A stretch of 32,000 bases of DNA. Origin: Desulfobulbus propionicus DSM 2032 (GTDB lineage Bacteria > Desulfobacterota > Desulfobulbia > Desulfobulbales > Desulfobulbaceae). The notes below the pieces were generated by a model that did no database searches, had not been told where the DNA came from, and worked only from the letters and a program-made list of their open reading frames with translations. The position numbers were made by a program, and so were the translations under genes. The DNA lies in assembly GCF_000186885.1 (NCBI RefSeq), contig NC_014972.1:3780001-3812000 (forward strand), read 5' to 3'. Positions 1-10,501 of the stretch are shown here, in pieces. The first letter of the stretch is position 1. Each line of letters opens with the position of its first letter.

Positions 1-209
1 AATCCATCCACCTGACCAAGAATCCGCTGTTCTATGAACTGACCCAGCTGTGCGCGGTCGAGGACATCGCCATCTGCGCGGACAGTTATATCTGTGAAGG
101 ATTTGATAACGTCAACGACATTCCTCGTGGTCTGATCGACAAGCAGATGCGGACCCAGGCTTTCCATGGCGCCATTCTTGACGAGTGCGCCAAGTATATC
201 GTCATGTAA
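1..209 (+). CDS. DsrE/TusD-family sulfur-relay subunit, C-terminal fragment (5' end outside window)
   Basis: Frame 3 is open from the window edge to TAA at 207-209. The translation SIHLTKNPLFYELTQLCAVEDIAICADSYICEGFDNVNDIPRGLIDKQMRTQAFHGAILDECAKYIVM resembles the C-terminal half of DsrE/TusD. DsrF-like and DsrH-like ORFs follow after 12-nt spacers. Confidence 0.6.
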   Translation, partial: SIHLTKNPLFYELTQLCAVEDIAICADSYICEGFDNVNDIPRGLIDKQMRTQAFHGAILDECAKYIVM

Positions 210-221
210 GGAGAGACGGAA

Positions 222-569
222 ATGGAATCATTGAAAGTGTACATCCTGATCGCCAACCGTGTATACAATGACGGTATCCGCTCCGGTCTGGGTCTTGCCG
301 TTGAGAATCATTATGCCTTCCCCGTAATTATGAACGGTGAATTTCCACGGTTTTCCAACTATATGTCGGAGAACATCGCCTGGATCTCCGACATGGAAGG
401 CCAGGTCTACAGTTGCGGTGCCGAGGCTCCCACCGACCTGCCGGAAGGAACCGAGATCGCTAACATTTCTCTGGAAGAACTCGGCGAGGCAATGCGAGAA
501 GCCGATTTTATCATTCCCTATGGTCTTCCCAAACAATCCCACGAGCCGCCCGCTGCTTGTAGCGAATAA
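222..569 (+). CDS. DsrF/TusC-like sulfur-relay subunit
   Basis: 115-aa ORF with AAGGAGAG SD 6 nt upstream. The N-terminal KVYILIANRVYNDG..GLGLA and the C-terminal ADFIIPY have the layout of DsrF/TusC (compare YDVILRF at the TusC terminus). It sits between the DsrE-like and DsrH-like ORFs. Confidence 0.6.
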   Translation: MESLKVYILIANRVYNDGIRSGLGLAVENHYAFPVIMNGEFPRFSNYMSENIAWISDMEGQVYSCGAEAPTDLPEGTEIANISLEELGEAMREADFIIPYGLPKQSHEPPAACSE

Positions 570-581
570 AAGGAGCACACT

Positions 582-770
582 ATGAGTGGTGATACCATGA
601 AAATACTGCAGGTTTATCGATCCGAACCCACCGAGGATGTCAAAAAATTGGTTGAGATTCTCAACCGTGACCGGGTAGCCGACGAGTTCAAGCTGTACAT
701 CGGCGAACCGAACTACGATATTCTCGTTCAGAAAATTTTCGCCAACGACAAGACTGTTTGCTGGTGGTAA
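582..770 (+). CDS. Short DsrH/TusB-like protein (62 aa, roughly two-thirds of usual length)
   Basis: AAGGAG SD 6 nt before the ATG. N-terminal ILQVYRSEP, central FKLYIGEPNYDILV and C-terminal KTVCWW parallel DsrH/TusB motifs (ILHTVNKSP, KLYVLGPD, TVQAWL / SQMAW). The central segment of about 40 aa is missing. Confidence 0.45.
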   Translation: MSGDTMKILQVYRSEPTEDVKKLVEILNRDRVADEFKLYIGEPNYDILVQKIFANDKTVCWW

Positions 771-800
771 TTCTTCCCCTTTAGACTGAAACATGCTGTG

Positions 801-838
801 AACCCTGCCATTGCGAGAATGGCAGGGTTTTTTATTTT
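801..838 (+). terminator. Rho-independent terminator after the dsrEFH-like genes
   Basis: Perfect 12-bp stem aaccctgccatt / aatggcagggtt (801-812 / 818-829), 5-nt loop, followed by tttttatttt. Confidence 0.8.
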
Positions 839-845
839 CAGGCCT

Positions 846-1964
846 TCAAGACGCCGCGAGAATGGTTTCCATGAGACGATCATGGAATATCGGTCGAAAG
901 GGACGTATTTTTATATTTTCCCGAGAAGGATGAACACGGTTGGTCAACAAGACGATAATAACCTCCTGTTCGGGATCGATCCAGAACGAGGTGCCGCTGA
1001 ACCCCAAATGGCCGACGCTGTGTGCCGAAAACAAGTGCCCGCTGCTCGAACGACCCGGGGTGGGTGTGTCGAAGCCCAGGCACCAGCTGCTCGACTGGTG
1101 CCGACGGGTCAACGCCTCCCGTAACAAAGCATTGGCAAAGGCCGGATGACTGTTCCGCCCTTTCCATATATCTAGCAGTCGTTCACACAGGCGCATAACG
1201 GCCTCAATCGTGCCAAACAGACCGGCATGCCCCGCCACCCCTCCCATCAACCAACAATGTTCGTCATGCACCTCTCCCTGTAACAGTCTCTGCCGCCAGA
1301 GGCATTTTTCGGTGGCCGCGATGGTGCCGGTGTGTTCATCGGTCCACGTTTCGTTCAGCGGCCGAAAACGCAGCGTTGAAGATATCTGCAACGGTTCTGT
1401 GATCACCGTGCTAAACAGGTGATCAAGACGGGTTGCTGTCGTGTGCTCGATGAGCCATCCCAGAAGCATGAAGCCGAGATCACTGTACACGCAGGTCGAT
1501 CCCAGCGGATAGTCGATTGGTTCCCGAATGATTTTTTCCAACAACAGTCCTTTGTTTCGTGGCGATTGACGGGGATTAAACTGGGCAAAATAGGGCTGAT
1601 AGGCCGGTAATCCCGACGAATGCTGCAACAGATGCCGTATTGTGATGGCTTCTTTTTCCGGCTCAAGGTCAGGTGCAAGGGGGGGCAGCCCTGACTGACA
1701 CAACCGCATCTGTCCCGTTTCGAGTAAATGCAAGACACAGAGGGTGGTGCATAACGGTTTGGTCAACGAGGCCAGGTCAAAGAACGTTTCCGCCTTCACT
1801 GGCTGGCCGTGCGCATCGCTTCTGGTCCTTCCGCCACTGAACCAGGATCTGGAGCGGACCCCATGTCGTGTAACACTGACCGCTGCGGAGACCCCGCAGA
1901 ATACCCCTTCTTCGAGACCCTGGCGACAGAGCTCGGACAGCTTTCTATTTATTTGATTTTTCAT
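846..1964 (-). CDS. Serine hydrolase, beta-lactamase/transpeptidase-like family (PF00144-type)
   Basis: The ORF 846..2039 starts with TTG. The first ATG, at 1964, gives MKNQINRKL.. (372 aa). SxxK motif in FDLASLTKPLC, YSD motif in VYSDLGF, and GHAG near the C-terminal third. Confidence 0.8.
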   Translation of the reverse strand: MKNQINRKLSELCRQGLEEGVFCGVSAAVSVTRHGVRSRSWFSGGRTRSDAHGQPVKAETFFDLASLTKPLCTTLCVLHLLETGQMRLCQSGLPPLAPDLEPEKEAITIRHLLQHSSGLPAYQPYFAQFNPRQSPRNKGLLLEKIIREPIDYPLGSTCVYSDLGFMLLGWLIEHTTATRLDHLFSTVITEPLQISSTLRFRPLNETWTDEHTGTIAATEKCLWRQRLLQGEVHDEHCWLMGGVAGHAGLFGTIEAVMRLCERLLDIWKGRNSHPAFANALLREALTRRHQSSSWCLGFDTPTPGRSSSGHLFSAHSVGHLGFSGTSFWIDPEQEVIIVLLTNRVHPSRENIKIRPFRPIFHDRLMETILAAS

Positions 1965-2249
1965 TTTTTTAAAGCTTCTTTTATCAAACAATTTGTTTGA
2001 TCTTTCGCCTCTTTTCGAGTATTTTTGATTAGTCAGCAATTTGTTAATAACACTGTTAAAAATATGTGTTTTTTCTTGCTGAACAATGAAATTTTGCTAC
2101 TTCCACCTCTGTTCACCAAACAACACAACGTTCGCCCACATTGTTTTTAACATAAAAAATATTTTAAAAACAAACCATTACCTATTTAGTTCACATCTTC
2201 ACACCATTAATAGCAACAACAACATTCTTCTAAAAAAAGGAAAGTTATT

Positions 2250-3380
2250 ATGGCCTTCCATTTTAATATAGGCAGGGATGACCTGCTTAAAGCCATTGGT
2301 GCGCAACAAAATATAACCAATAAAAAAGGGACGCTGGCCATCTTGTCCAATGTCCTTCTTGAGGTTCAGCCCGATCATATTGTCCTAACCGGCACGGATC
2401 TGGAGATTGGACTGAAACAAAGAGTTCCCGCTGAAGTTCTGGAAACCGGCACCCTGACCTTGCCGGCCAAGAAACTGTTCGAAGTGGCGCGGGAATCCGG
2501 TTCCTCGATTCTTTCCTTGAAAGAATTGGACAATAATTGGGTGGAAATCAGCGCAGGCCCCAGCCTGTACCGGTTGGCCGGGATGGTGGCCGACGAGTTT
2601 CCTTCCTTTCCTGCCTACAATGAAGAAGCCATGGTGATCATGGAGAGTGTCATTCTGGCCGATTTGGTTGATAAGACCGTTTTTTCCATTGCTCAGGATA
2701 AGGAGAACATGTTCACCTTGACTGCGGCCATGTTGCAGAAAGTGATGCAAGACGATCACGTGATGTTGAAAATGGTCACCTCGGATGGACATCGGTTGAC
2801 TATCATGAGCAAGGAGGTGGAGACATCGCTCGAACAGTTGCATCTCAACCCCATCACCCTTATTCCACGACGAGGCGTTCAGGAAATACGCAAGTTTTGC
2901 GAAAACAAAACAAGCCTATCGTTCGGTGTCGAGGAAAAACAGGCCGTGCTGAAAAGCGACGATTCCCTGCTCATCATCCGCTTGATGGAAGGTGATTTTC
3001 CTGATTTTCAAGGGTTGCTGAGTGTCCTTTCCAAGGAAAATTCCATTCGTATCGATCGAATTCGTTTTCTGGAAAGCCTCAAACGCATCAACCTTTTCAC
3101 CGAGGATCTGTTTCATGCCATCAAGATGGATATAGCCGACAACACCATGGTGCTGACCTCGCAAAACGCGGACTTCGGTTCGGCCAAGGATGAATTCAAC
3201 GTTGAATACAGCGGCCCGCCGTTGACCTTGGGATTTAATTGCCGCTATTTCATCGAGACACTTCAGGTCATGGAAGGAGATGTGATCACCGCCAGCATCA
3301 ATACCCAGGAAAGTCCCTGTATGATCACCTCGGATGAGGACAAGGGATTTCTGAGCATCATCATGCCGATGAAACTGTAA
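2250..3380 (+). CDS. dnaN: DNA polymerase III beta sliding clamp
   Basis: 376 aa. The N-terminus MAFHFNIGRDDLLKAIGAQQNITNKKGTLAILSNVLLEV is typical of DnaN. AAGGAAAG SD lies upstream and gyrB follows. Confidence 0.95.
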   Translation: MAFHFNIGRDDLLKAIGAQQNITNKKGTLAILSNVLLEVQPDHIVLTGTDLEIGLKQRVPAEVLETGTLTLPAKKLFEVARESGSSILSLKELDNNWVEISAGPSLYRLAGMVADEFPSFPAYNEEAMVIMESVILADLVDKTVFSIAQDKENMFTLTAAMLQKVMQDDHVMLKMVTSDGHRLTIMSKEVETSLEQLHLNPITLIPRRGVQEIRKFCENKTSLSFGVEEKQAVLKSDDSLLIIRLMEGDFPDFQGLLSVLSKENSIRIDRIRFLESLKRINLFTEDLFHAIKMDIADNTMVLTSQNADFGSAKDEFNVEYSGPPLTLGFNCRYFIETLQVMEGDVITASINTQESPCMITSDEDKGFLSIIMPMKL

Positions 3381-3533
3381 AGGATTTTATCAGCTCCTTG
3401 CAGTATCCCCTATTTTTTTATTGTTCAACGGACAAAGGATGATTTTTCATCATGTGGATCAGATGAGTACGTCCCGAGCCATATATTGTCGCTGAAGAAT
3501 ATTTGCTTCAAAAATTCAGGCAGAAGGAAAAAA

Positions 3534-5945
3534 GTGAGTGAATTAACAGAAACATCCTACGGTGCGGAGCAGATCAAGGTCCTTGACGGACTGGAAGCTG
3601 TCCGTAAACGACCCTCCATGTATATTGGCAACACCGGGGTGGAGGGATTGCATCATCTCATCTACGAGGTAGTGGATAATTCCATCGACGAGGCCCTGGC
3701 CGGTCACTGCGATCAGATCAGCATCGTCATTCATGAGGACAACGCGGTGACCGTGGAGGATAATGGCCGAGGCATACCGGTGGACATGCATCCCACGGAA
3801 AACATGTCGGCTCTTGAATTGGTCATGACCACCCTTCATGCCGGCGGCAAGTTCGATCATTCCACCTACAAGGTGTCCGGCGGCCTCCACGGGGTCGGCG
3901 TGTCGGTGGTCAATGCCCTGAGCGTGCGAACTGTGGCCCAGGTGCAGCGGAACGGCAAAATCTATCGCCAAACCTACGAATACGGCATGCGGACCAGTGA
4001 GCTCGAGGTGATCGGGACCAGCGAGCAGACCGGGACCAGCATCTCTTTCAAGCCTGATCCGTCTATCTTCACCGAAACAACGGTTTTTGAGTACGAGATT
4101 GTCAAGAATCGGATGCGCGAACTAGCCTTCCTCAATAAAAACATCCATATAACGCTCAAGGATGAACGGGATGGGGCGGAAAACAGCTTTCATTTCGATG
4201 GTGGCATTGTTTCCTATGTGGAGTATCTCAACCGCAACCGCACCACGGTCCATCCCGATCCGATCCTCATTTCCGGCGAGCGCGACACTGTTCAAGTGGA
4301 CATCTGTCTGCAGTATTTTGACGGCTATTCCGAGCGACTGTTTTCCTTTGTTAATAATATCAATACGAAGGAAGGCGGTTCCCATGTGGCTGGGTTTCGA
4401 GCCGCCCTGACCAAGTGCATCAACCGCTATGCCAGCGATGACATAATCCCCAAACATCTCAAGGAAAAAATGGGTGGGGACGATGTTCGCGAAGGGCTCA
4501 CCTGCGTGATTTCGGTCCGCGTGCCCAACCCACAATTCGAAGGACAGACGAAAACCAAGTTGGGCAATTCCGAGGTCAAATCCATTGTCGAGTCGCTGTG
4601 CAATGAAAAACTCGGAGCGTATCTGGAACAAAATCCAGCCGTGGCCCGAGGGATTCTCAACAAGGCGGTGGAGGCGGCCCGAGCGAGAGAGGCGGCACGC
4701 AAGGCCCGTGATCTGTCACGCACCAAAAGCAACATTTCGGTAATGATGGCTGGAAAACTGGCGGAATGCCAGAGCAAGAATCCGGCCGAGCGGGAACTGT
4801 TCATCGTCGAGGGCGATTCGGCTGGCGGTTCGGCCAAGCAGGGTCGGGATAGGGCCATTCAGGCCATCCTTCCCTTGCGCGGCAAAATCATGAACGTCGA
4901 GAAGGCCCGTTTCGACAAGATCCTCGATTCCGAGGAAATCAAGCAGTTGGTGGCCTCCTTGGGCACCGGTATCGGCAGCGAGGAGTTTGACCTGGAAAAG
5001 CTCCGTTACCACAAGATCATCATCATGACCGACGCCGACGTCGACGGCGCCCATATCCGCACCCTGCTCTTAACCTTCTTTTATCGGCAGATGCTGCCGC
5101 TAATCGAAAACGGCCATGTCTACATCGGCCAGCCGCCGCTCTATCGGTTAGGTAAAGGCAAGAAAGAACAGTACTTCCTCAACGAGGAGGAACTCAACGC
5201 CTATCTCTATGCCCAGGCCAGCCAGTTGATGCGCATCCGCACCGAGCAGGAGGTGGAAATAGCCGAGGACGAACTGGTGACTGTTCTGCGCAAGCTGTCC
5301 GCCTTTGAGCGGGTGGTGGCCTATCTGGAGCGGTTGAACATCCAGGAATCCATGACCCTGTTCCTGTTGGACAGCGATGTCCATTCGGCCAAGCAGTTTG
5401 AAAAAAGGGAGTTTGTCGAGCACCTGGCCGAGCAACTGAAAAATCGAGCCTCACAGATCGGTTCCATCCACTCCTGCGCTTGGCGGCCGGCCTGTTTTGA
5501 ATTCGACGTTACCCTGGCAGGGCAATCGCACATGATGGCTACGGTGGGTCCCAATATCCCGTTGATCAACGAGTATCGGCACGCCCTTGACCTCTATAAA
5601 ACCATTAACCCCTATTTGAACGGTTCCTTTACCTTGAGCAAAACCGGGGGCACCGGGCAGGAAAGTCAACTCACAGCGGAGAACTGGCATCGGCTGATCG
5701 AACTGGTACGCGAGGAAACCTTCAAAGGCAGTCATCTGCAGCGGTACAAAGGGTTAGGTGAAATGAATCCCGAACAACTGTGGGATACCACCATGAATCC
5801 GACCAACCGAACCCTGATCCAGGTCAAGATCGATGATGTCGAAGTGACTGACGATATGTTTACCACGCTTATGGGAGACAAGGTCGAACCACGGCGGGAG
5901 TTCATTCAAAATCACGCCCTGGAAGTGGCGGATCTCGATATCTGA
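3534..5945 (+). CDS. gyrB: DNA gyrase subunit B
   Basis: Conserved [42 protein letters not shown], and the Toprim motifs [19 protein letters not shown] and [16 protein letters not shown] at 3534 with GAAGGA SD is preferred over the TTG at 3486 used by the ORF track. Confidence 0.95.
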   Translation: MSELTETSYGAEQIKVLDGLEAVRKRPSMYIGNTGVEGLHHLIYEVVDNSIDEALAGHCDQISIVIHEDNAVTVEDNGRGIPVDMHPTENMSALELVMTTLHAGGKFDHSTYKVSGGLHGVGVSVVNALSVRTVAQVQRNGKIYRQTYEYGMRTSELEVIGTSEQTGTSISFKPDPSIFTETTVFEYEIVKNRMRELAFLNKNIHITLKDERDGAENSFHFDGGIVSYVEYLNRNRTTVHPDPILISGERDTVQVDICLQYFDGYSERLFSFVNNINTKEGGSHVAGFRAALTKCINRYASDDIIPKHLKEKMGGDDVREGLTCVISVRVPNPQFEGQTKTKLGNSEVKSIVESLCNEKLGAYLEQNPAVARGILNKAVEAARAREAARKARDLSRTKSNISVMMAGKLAECQSKNPAERELFIVEGDSAGGSAKQGRDRAIQAILPLRGKIMNVEKARFDKILDSEEIKQLVASLGTGIGSEEFDLEKLRYHKIIIMTDADVDGAHIRTLLLTFFYRQMLPLIENGHVYIGQPPLYRLGKGKKEQYFLNEEELNAYLYAQASQLMRIRTEQEVEIAEDELVTVLRKLSAFERVVAYLERLNIQESMTLFLLDSDVHSAKQFEKREFVEHLAEQLKNRASQIGSIHSCAWRPACFEFDVTLAGQSHMMATVGPNIPLINEYRHALDLYKTINPYLNGSFTLSKTGGTGQESQLTAENWHRLIELVREETFKGSHLQRYKGLGEMNPEQLWDTTMNPTNRTLIQVKIDDVEVTDDMFTTLMGDKVEPRREFIQNHALEVADLDI

Positions 5946-5997
5946 GTCCACCTGTGACAGATCGGTCCTTTAAGCAAGAAACAACCAGGAATGTACC

Positions 5998-8487
5998 ATG
6001 ACGGAACCATCAATAGAAAGTAATCAACAGCCCACCATTGCCATCTCCAGGGAGCTGCGTAAATCCTACCTGGATTATGCCATGTCGGTCATCATCGGCA
6101 GGGCCCTGCCCGATGTACGCGATGGGCTCAAGCCGGTGCATCGCCGCACCCTCTTTGCCATGCGCGAATTGGGCAACACCTATAATCGGCCCTACATCAA
6201 ATCGGCGAGGATTGTCGGCGATGTGATCGGTAAATACCACCCCCATGGCGATACCGCCGCCTACGATACCCTGGTGCGCATGGCCCAGGATTTCTCCATG
6301 CGCTACCCGCTGGTCGATGGTCAAGGCAACTTCGGTTCCATGGATGGCGATTCAGCGGCGGCCATGCGGTATACCGAAGCGCGCATGACCCGGCTCGATC
6401 AGGAGCTGGTAGCCGATCTGGACAAGGAGACAGTGGATTTTGTCCCCAACTATGACAACTCCCTCCAGGAACCGGCGGTTCTCCCCTCGAGGATCCCCAA
6501 TATCCTCATCAACGGTTCCGAGGGGATCGCGGTGGGCATGGCCACCAAAATTCCACCCCACAACCTCACCGAGGTCATCAACGGCCTGATCGCCCTGGTG
6601 GATAATCCGGAAATCACCGTCCATCAATTGATGGAAATCATCACCGGTCCGGATTTTCCCACCGGCGGCTTCATCTGCGGCCGCGCCGGTATCCGCGAGG
6701 CCTACGAGACCGGGCGCGGAGTGATTGTCATGCGCTCCAAGACCCATATCGAGCAGCGCGGCAGCCACGGCGAAGCGATCGTCATCACCGAGATCCCTTT
6801 TCAGCAGAACAAGGCGGCCCTGGTGGAGAAGATCGCCCTGCTGATGAAGGAGAAACGAATCACCTCGATTGCCGAGATCCGCGACGAGTCGGACCGGCAT
6901 GGGGTGCGGGTGGTGCTCGATCTGCGCAAGGACGAAATCCCCGATATTGTCATTAATCAGCTGTACAAGATGACCCCGTTGCAGAAAAGTTTCGGTATCA
7001 TCCTGCTGTGCATCGTCAACAATAAGCCCGAAATCCTCAACCTCAAACAGATCCTGCAGCACTTCCTGGCCCACCGCAAGACCGTGGTTTATCGCCGCAC
7101 CGCCTTTGAACTGCGCAAGGCCGAGGAGCGGGCCCATATTCTGGAAGGATTGAAGATCGCCATAACCCATCTCGACGAGGTGGTGGAACTGATCAGGGGT
7201 TCGGCCAACCCGGCCGAGGCCAAGGAAGGGTTGATACTCCGCTTCGAGCTGTCCGAGATCCAGGCACAAACCATCCTCGACATGCGCCTCCAGCGGCTCA
7301 CCGGACTGGAGCGTGACAAGATCATCAGCGATTACAACGAGATCCAGGCAAAGATCAGCTGGTTGAAACAGGTGCTCGCCGATGACAACCTGGTGGTGCA
7401 GATCATCCGCGAGGAATTCGAGAAGATTCGCGAGGAATACGGCGATGACCGCCGCACCGAGATCATCGACGCCCCGGATGAAATCCTGCCCGAGGACCTG
7501 ATCACGCCCGAGGAGATGGTGGTGACCGTATCGCACACCGGCTACATCAAGCGCAATCCGCTCACCCTGTATCGGGCGCAACGGCGCGGCGGCAAGGGCG
7601 TCAAGGGCATGGTCACCCTGGAGGACGATTTCGTCACCAGCCTGTACACCGCCTCTTCCCTGGATACCTTCCTCTTTTTTACCAACAAGGGTCGGGTGTT
7701 CTGGCGCAAGGTGTATGAGCTACCCTTGGCCGGCCGGACAGCACGCGGCAAGGCCATCGTCAATCTTCTGGAGCTGGGCGAGGACGAGAAGGTGGCGGCC
7801 ATCCTGCCGGTGGCCGATCTGGCCAATATGGACGACACGGTTTCGGTGCTGACCGTGACTAAACAGGGCCGGGTGAAAAAGACCTTTATTTCCGAGTACA
7901 AACGGCCGTTGCGCAAGGGCAAGTTCGGCCTGACCATCCGCGATGACGACGAGATTTTGTCCGCGGCCATCACCTCGGGCGATGACGAGATCTTCCTGGT
8001 TACCAAGAAGGGACTGTCGATCCATTTTCATGAATCCGATGTCCGGGCCATGGGCCGGTTGGCCGCCGGCGTCAAGGGCATCACTCTGGGCGATGACGAC
8101 GAGGTGGTGGGGGTGGCGGTGCTGAAAAGCGATGCCTCCATTCTGACGGTTACCGAGAACGGCTACGGCAAGCGCACGGCGGTGTCTGAATACAAACTGC
8201 AGAGCCGTGGCGGCAAGGGCGTGTTCACCATCAAGACCAGTGAACGCAACGGCAACGTGGTTGGCGTGCTGCCGGTGGTTGATGAGGATCAGGTGATGCT
8301 GGTGGCCAATTCCGGCAAGGTGATCCGCATGCCCATGGACACGGTGCGCATCATCGGCCGCAATACCCAGGGCGTCCGTCTGATCAACCTGGACGAAGGG
8401 GAATTGGTGGTCGATATGTCCATGCTCGCCCGGGAAGAGGGCGTGGATCTGGAAGAAGACGATGGGGAGGGCGAATATGAAGATTAA
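5998..8487 (+). CDS. gyrA: DNA gyrase subunit A
   Basis: 829 aa. [27 protein letters not shown], the QRDR-like [24 protein letters not shown], the active-site [10 protein letters not shown], and an acidic C-terminal tail. Confidence 0.97.
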   Translation: MTEPSIESNQQPTIAISRELRKSYLDYAMSVIIGRALPDVRDGLKPVHRRTLFAMRELGNTYNRPYIKSARIVGDVIGKYHPHGDTAAYDTLVRMAQDFSMRYPLVDGQGNFGSMDGDSAAAMRYTEARMTRLDQELVADLDKETVDFVPNYDNSLQEPAVLPSRIPNILINGSEGIAVGMATKIPPHNLTEVINGLIALVDNPEITVHQLMEIITGPDFPTGGFICGRAGIREAYETGRGVIVMRSKTHIEQRGSHGEAIVITEIPFQQNKAALVEKIALLMKEKRITSIAEIRDESDRHGVRVVLDLRKDEIPDIVINQLYKMTPLQKSFGIILLCIVNNKPEILNLKQILQHFLAHRKTVVYRRTAFELRKAEERAHILEGLKIAITHLDEVVELIRGSANPAEAKEGLILRFELSEIQAQTILDMRLQRLTGLERDKIISDYNEIQAKISWLKQVLADDNLVVQIIREEFEKIREEYGDDRRTEIIDAPDEILPEDLITPEEMVVTVSHTGYIKRNPLTLYRAQRRGGKGVKGMVTLEDDFVTSLYTASSLDTFLFFTNKGRVFWRKVYELPLAGRTARGKAIVNLLELGEDEKVAAILPVADLANMDDTVSVLTVTKQGRVKKTFISEYKRPLRKGKFGLTIRDDDEILSAAITSGDDEIFLVTKKGLSIHFHESDVRAMGRLAAGVKGITLGDDDEVVGVAVLKSDASILTVTENGYGKRTAVSEYKLQSRGGKGVFTIKTSERNGNVVGVLPVVDEDQVMLVANSGKVIRMPMDTVRIIGRNTQGVRLINLDEGELVVDMSMLAREEGVDLEEDDGEGEYED

Positions 8488-9490
8488 CCGAATAGCCATG
8501 ATCGGCGCGGGCAGTTGGGGCACTGCATTGGCCCTGCTGTTGACGCGGCAAGGGTACCCGGTCACCCTGTGGGACAGGGACGTGGACCATATCCGTCAGC
8601 TGGCCAAAGACCGGGAAAACAAACGTTACCAGGCCGGTCATCCTTTTCCGGAAACTCTTCAGGTCAGCGACAATCTGGAGGCAGCCGTCAAAGGGGTGGA
8701 ATGCGTGGTGATGGTGGTCCCCTCCCACGGCTTCCGCGAGGTTTACCGTCAACTGTATCCAATGCTGATGCCAGGAGCCTTGCTGGTGTCCGCCACCAAG
8801 GGTATCGAGATCGAAAGTGGTCAAACCATGACCGGAATCATGCGACAGGAAACCCCGAATGACGGCAAACACCTTCATTTTGGGGTGCTGAGCGGCCCCA
8901 GTTTTGCCGCCGAGGTCGCCGATCGTCAGCCCACCGCGGTAACCGTGGCCTTTGCCGATACCGATGCGGCGAAGGCCGTGCAGCATCTCTTTTCCACCGA
9001 CACGTTCCGCGTGTACTCTTCCGATGACGTGATCGGCCTGGAGATCAGCGGCGCGATCAAGAACGTGATCGCCATAGCCGCCGGCATCTGCGATGGGCTG
9101 CATTACGGCCTCAACACCCGGGCTGCCCTGATGACCCGAGGGCTGGCGGAGATTACCCGTCTGGGCGTGGCCATGGGCGGGCAACCACAGACCTTTGCTG
9201 GTCTGGGCGGCATGGGTGATCTGGTGCTGACCTGCACCGGCAATCTGAGCCGCAACCGCACCGTTGGTTTGAAACTCGGTTCCGGCTTGACCCTGGATCA
9301 GGCCTTGAGTGAAATGAAAATGGTGGCCGAAGGGGTCAAGACCACCAAATCCTGTTTCCAACTGGCCAAGACCCTGGGGGTGGAAATGCCGATCCTGGAA
9401 CAGGTGTATCAGGTGCTCTATGAGGATAAACAGTGTGCCGACGCGGTTCGAGAGCTGTTTCAACGCGATCTGAAACAGGAATCCCTCTAA
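8477..9490 (+). CDS. gpsA: NAD(P)H-dependent glycerol-3-phosphate dehydrogenase
   Basis: [19 protein letters not shown] Rossmann N-terminus, [17 protein letters not shown], and [23 protein letters not shown] precedes the ATG at 8477, and the start overlaps the gyrA stop by 11 nt. Confidence 0.92.
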   Translation: MKINRIAMIGAGSWGTALALLLTRQGYPVTLWDRDVDHIRQLAKDRENKRYQAGHPFPETLQVSDNLEAAVKGVECVVMVVPSHGFREVYRQLYPMLMPGALLVSATKGIEIESGQTMTGIMRQETPNDGKHLHFGVLSGPSFAAEVADRQPTAVTVAFADTDAAKAVQHLFSTDTFRVYSSDDVIGLEISGAIKNVIAIAAGICDGLHYGLNTRAALMTRGLAEITRLGVAMGGQPQTFAGLGGMGDLVLTCTGNLSRNRTVGLKLGSGLTLDQALSEMKMVAEGVKTTKSCFQLAKTLGVEMPILEQVYQVLYEDKQCADAVRELFQRDLKQESL

Positions 9491-9638
9491 AACCGAGACG
9501 CACCGAACCAAGGGTAAAATGCCTCAGGCGATCTTGGTGCGCGACCCTTGACCAAGCGAACTCTCGGGGCGGAGGGTGCATGGATCCCGACACCGTCCGC
9601 TCTCGTTTCCTATCATTTGTTTTCCATGGAGGTCAGCA

Positions 9639-10286
9639 ATGAAAAAATGGGAGTGTACGGTTTGCGGTTATATTCATGAAGGCGATGAACCCCCTGACGA
9701 ATGTCCAGTGTGTTCTGCCGATAAGAGCATGTTTGTTGAAGTCATCGAGGACGTCAAGGTCCCCGAGGAAGAAGCCGCTCTTGCCCCGGAATCAATGCCT
9801 TCGCCGATGACACATACACCGCCCACCTTTCTTGCCAAGGTGTATGCCTTTACCTCCACCTTGATTCTTCGCCATCATCTCCACCCGATTACCGTGCATA
9901 CCCCAAACGGTGTTCTGCCCATGGCCTTGATCTTTATCCTGATCACGGTGGGTTTTGGTGCGCCTCTTTTTGAAACCGCCGCTCTCTACAGCTGTGTTTT
10001 TGTGCTGCTGACCATGCCCGCAGTCATCTTTACCGGGTATGAGGTTTGGCAGAAGCGGTATCGCGGCGCCTTGACTCCCATTTTCAAGATCAAGATCGGT
10101 TCGGCAATTGTGAGCGTTCTCCTGCTGGTGGTCCTTGTTGTCTGGCGAGTTCTTCAACCGGAAATTGTCACCAAGGCGTCATCCGGCCGCTGGCTCTTCG
10201 TTCTGCTCGCGATTGTGCTGGTGGGCGCGGTTGGACTCGCGGGCCACATGGGCGGCAAATTGGTCTTTGGCGGACGCAAGGAATGA
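9639..10286 (+). CDS. Rubredoxin-type Fe(Cys)4 domain fused to a DUF2231-like four-TM membrane domain
   Basis: GGAGG SD before the ATG at 9639. N-terminal [32 protein letters not shown] carries CxxC..CxxC. The rest has [13 protein letters not shown], hydrophobic helices and a C-terminal [10 protein letters not shown], matching my memory of DUF2231. Confidence 0.75.
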   Translation: MKKWECTVCGYIHEGDEPPDECPVCSADKSMFVEVIEDVKVPEEEAALAPESMPSPMTHTPPTFLAKVYAFTSTLILRHHLHPITVHTPNGVLPMALIFILITVGFGAPLFETAALYSCVFVLLTMPAVIFTGYEVWQKRYRGALTPIFKIKIGSAIVSVLLLVVLVVWRVLQPEIVTKASSGRWLFVLLAIVLVGAVGLAGHMGGKLVFGGRKE

Positions 10287-10501
10287 ATTGTGTCTGAGAA
10301 AACTTGCTAAATGATTTTTATTCTTATTTACACTTGCCTCTCATCTCCTGTTGAGGTATGGTAGTCACGTTTGGCTGGCACGGGAATGAGTGAAAACCTT
10401 CCGTGCCCACGAACGGAGCAGCGACGTCAAGTTTTGCCTATTGAGCGATGCCGGAAAATCGCTTGCAAGGAAAAATCAAACAACACATTGGAGGAAACAC
10501 T

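Noticed and set aside
2086-2271. 61-aa ORF in the AT-rich region upstream of dnaN.
   Set aside because: It runs into the dnaN start, has no SD, and its Asn/Ile/Leu/Phe-rich translation is what AT-rich non-coding DNA typically produces.
3486-3533. N-terminal extensions implied by the ORF-track starts of gyrB (3486), gpsA (8462), the rubredoxin-DUF2231 gene (9576), rbr (10448), gatA (22212), cmk (24891), the Pal-like gene (30500), the binding protein (30473), the thioesterase (15271) and the perR-like gene (29549).
   Set aside because: In each case a downstream ATG or GTG has a proper SD and matches the conserved family N-terminus. The extensions start at TTG/GTG codons or overlap the upstream gene.
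9491-9638. Interleaved complementary segments after gpsA (cgcaccgaaccaag / cttggtgcg and caagggt / acccttg).
   Set aside because: The pairing has bulges, there is no U-tract and no recognisable RNA family. It is probably a weak terminator or coincidental, and not strong enough to report as a feature.
10375-10390. Perfect TGGCAC, which looked like a sigma-54 -24 element upstream of rbr.
   Set aside because: At the required spacing the -12 element is TGAGT and lacks the invariant GC. The TGGCAC forms part of a hairpin arm instead.
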